NCBI GenBank assembly: GCA_963736115.1
Contig: CAVTNR010000027.1
Span: forward strand, 1 to 64,000
DNA length: 64,000 nt
Direction: 5' to 3'
From: an uncultured bacterium
Lineage (GTDB): Bacteria > Zhuqueibacterota > QNDG01 > DTFT01
Each line of letters opens with the position of its first letter. Positions within the stretch are counted from its first letter, which is position 1. The notes below the pieces were generated by a model. The model was not told where the DNA came from, made no database searches, and saw only the letters and a program-made list of their open reading frames with translations. This document shows, in pieces, positions 62,198 through 64,000 of the stretch. A program made the translations under genes and the position numbers.

Positions 62198-63283
62198 TCA
62201 GAAATGCAGGTTCAGACTGAGCCCCGCGGCGCGGGTTCCGGCAGACGGAGTCAGGGAGAAGGATGTGCCGGACGCTGATGGGTTTGAGGGCTTCCCGAAC
62301 ACCCACTCCGCGACACCCGTGAGGATGAGGGCCGCGCCCGCGCCCGTCCACAATCCTGCGGAACGGTTCAGTCGGACCGACCTCCGGTGAAATCGGTCGG
62401 CGTCCGTCTGAACCGAGGCGCGGCGGTAATCGTCCTCCGCCTGGTCGGCGAAACGGAATTGCATGACGCCGATCGCGACGGACGCAATCCCGGCTCCGGC
62501 GGATGCGATCGCCATTTTCCGCAGGAGCGGTTTCGGGCCTGAAGGCGCGGTCTCGATTGTCCAATCGCCGAGTCCCGGCATTTCCGGAACGATCTCGCCG
62601 CGCACGAAATCGCTCTTGCTGATCCGGTCGCCGAGTGACTCGGACAGGATCTCGGCCGCGCATTGACCCGCATGGAATTTACGGATCCGAACCCGGCCGA
62701 CATCCCAATCGCCGCCGTCGCTTTTCCGCCTCCAGACCGTCACTTCGTCCCCGACTGAAAGCCCGGACGAATCCGAAGCGTCTATCAGCACGAGGTTTCC
62801 CCTGATTCGGAGAACCGGGTAAACGGCGGTCGCGGCGTCCGTAGAACGGGAATCAGCCGCAGGCGGGCTGTCCAGGTCCGCGGGTTCCAGGCCTTCGGCC
62901 GCTTTGTCCGGCGTTTCACCCGCCGCCCAAGCCTCCATTTCTCCCGGCCGGCTTTCCGACGGTTCGGGCATGGGCGTTTCCGGCATTTGCGGGATGTCCG
63001 CGAAATCTCCGGTCGAAATTTTCAGATCGATGCTCTCGCTGACAATTTCAGCCGCGCATTTTTCGGCCTGGTACCGTACGACGCGGACGCGTCCGACCTG
63101 GCTGAAAAAACCCAGTTCATTCTTGCGGTATATGTCGACTTCGCCGCCCACGGCCAGTCCGGATGAGGCGTTCATGTCGATCAGCACGTATTGGCGCACA
63201 CGCCTGAGAACCTTCTGCGAATGGGACGCCCCGGCGCCGAGCAGCAATACGAAAATAATGCCCCAGGACAGTACATTTCTCAC
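62198..63283 (-). CDS. Hypothetical exported protein with a duplicated small beta domain and a hydrophobic-hairpin/beta-signal C-terminus
   Basis: Signal peptide; two VLID..SGL.VG.EV...VGRVR..CAAEI.SES repeats; ends GLSLNLHF. Confidence 0.75.
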   Translation of the reverse strand: MRNVLSWGIIFVLLLGAGASHSQKVLRRVRQYVLIDMNASSGLAVGGEVDIYRKNELGFFSQVGRVRVVRYQAEKCAAEIVSESIDLKISTGDFADIPQMPETPMPEPSESRPGEMEAWAAGETPDKAAEGLEPADLDSPPAADSRSTDAATAVYPVLRIRGNLVLIDASDSSGLSVGDEVTVWRRKSDGGDWDVGRVRIRKFHAGQCAAEILSESLGDRISKSDFVRGEIVPEMPGLGDWTIETAPSGPKPLLRKMAIASAGAGIASVAIGVMQFRFADQAEDDYRRASVQTDADRFHRRSVRLNRSAGLWTGAGAALILTGVAEWVFGKPSNPSASGTSFSLTPSAGTRAAGLSLNLHF

Positions 63284-63531
63284 TGGCCGAAGTCCGCTTT
63301 CCGATGGTCAGAAACGATGCAAAACGCGGTCTGGTAATGCGGACCGCCTGTAAAACACTATGAAACAAGCAAATGGCATGCCTCAATTTGTCAGCGCTCG
63401 CATTTCCCGCTTCGCGGGACGGCGGGGAGGTTCAATCGCCGCGGCATAAAAAAAACGGCGGCCTCAGTCAGGAAAACCGCTGTTCACGGTACGGTTGCCG
63501 TTTTCCTTTTTTTTTATTCCGCAAGGCGTGT

Positions 63532-64000
63532 TCAGGGTTCCGTCAAGCCGGTCTTGTTTTCAGGCGGAGACGTTGCTTCTTCCGTGGGGCCCGGAACACA
63601 GCCGGACAGTGCCTCTTTAACTTTCACCGCGGCCGGCCGGGTCATTCCGGGTACGGCCGTGATTTCGTCGACCGATGCCCGCCGGACGGATTCCACGGAA
63701 CCGAAACGGAGGAGCAGTGCCCTTCGGCGGGCCGGGCCAACACCCGGGACATCGTCGAGGGATGAACGCACGGCGCGTTTGGCCCGCACAGACCGGTGAA
63801 AAGTCACTGCGAATCGGTGGGCTTCGTCGCGTACGCGCTGGAGCAGACGGAGAGAAGCGGAAGCGCGCGGAAGCGTCTGGGGTTCGGACAGGCCGGGTCG
63901 GAAAATCTCCTCGAGCCGCTTGGCGAGGCCGATCACCGGCTGATCCCCGGCCCCGCATGCCCGGAGCGCCTCGCACGCCGCGGAGAGCTGGCCTTTCCCG
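63532..64000 (-). CDS. uvrC: Excinuclease ABC subunit C, 3' part (runs off the window)
   Basis: GKGQLS, IGLAKRLEE, LLQRVRDEAHRFA, HhH LDDVPGVGPARRRALL. Confidence 0.95.
   Translation of the reverse strand, partial: GKGQLSAACEALRACGAGDQPVIGLAKRLEEIFRPGLSEPQTLPRASASLRLLQRVRDEAHRFAVTFHRSVRAKRAVRSSLDDVPGVGPARRRALLLRFGSVESVRRASVDEITAVPGMTRPAAVKVKEALSGCVPGPTEEATSPPENKTGLTEP

Overview
GC-rich (roughly 60% by eye) bacterial chromosomal window, most consistent with a non-Bacteroidetes FCB-group diderm (KSB1/Calditrichota/Zixibacteria-like). This is inferred from five proteins with FlgD-Ig/T9SS-type C-terminal sorting domains, a PorV-family barrel and an intact anti-SD. From left to right: (i) a frameshift-riddled TPR/NHL - DAGK - MEMO1 operon; (ii) a ~17.5 kb co-oriented cluster joining three CTD cargo proteins, a PorV-TPR fusion and an OM protein to its own ExbB-ExbD-ExbD-TonB motor, with no TonB-dependent receptor (best candidate for an undescribed system); (iii) a sigma54 two-component system driving DxDGDG calcium-repeat proteins, a CTD protein and a barrel; (iv) a complete 16S-tRNAIle-tRNAAla-23S-5S operon on the minus strand; (v) an ~18 kb osmotic/ion-homeostasis region (ClC, KamA-like radical SAM, structured leader, membrane-sensor-fused OtsA, MscS, OtsB, DUF5752, TreT, NhaP, APC-USP, MgtE, MFS); (vi) LPS-related genes and the 3' end of uvrC. 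No CRISPR array, transposase or integrase was seen. All family calls come from motif recognition by eye; no database search was run.
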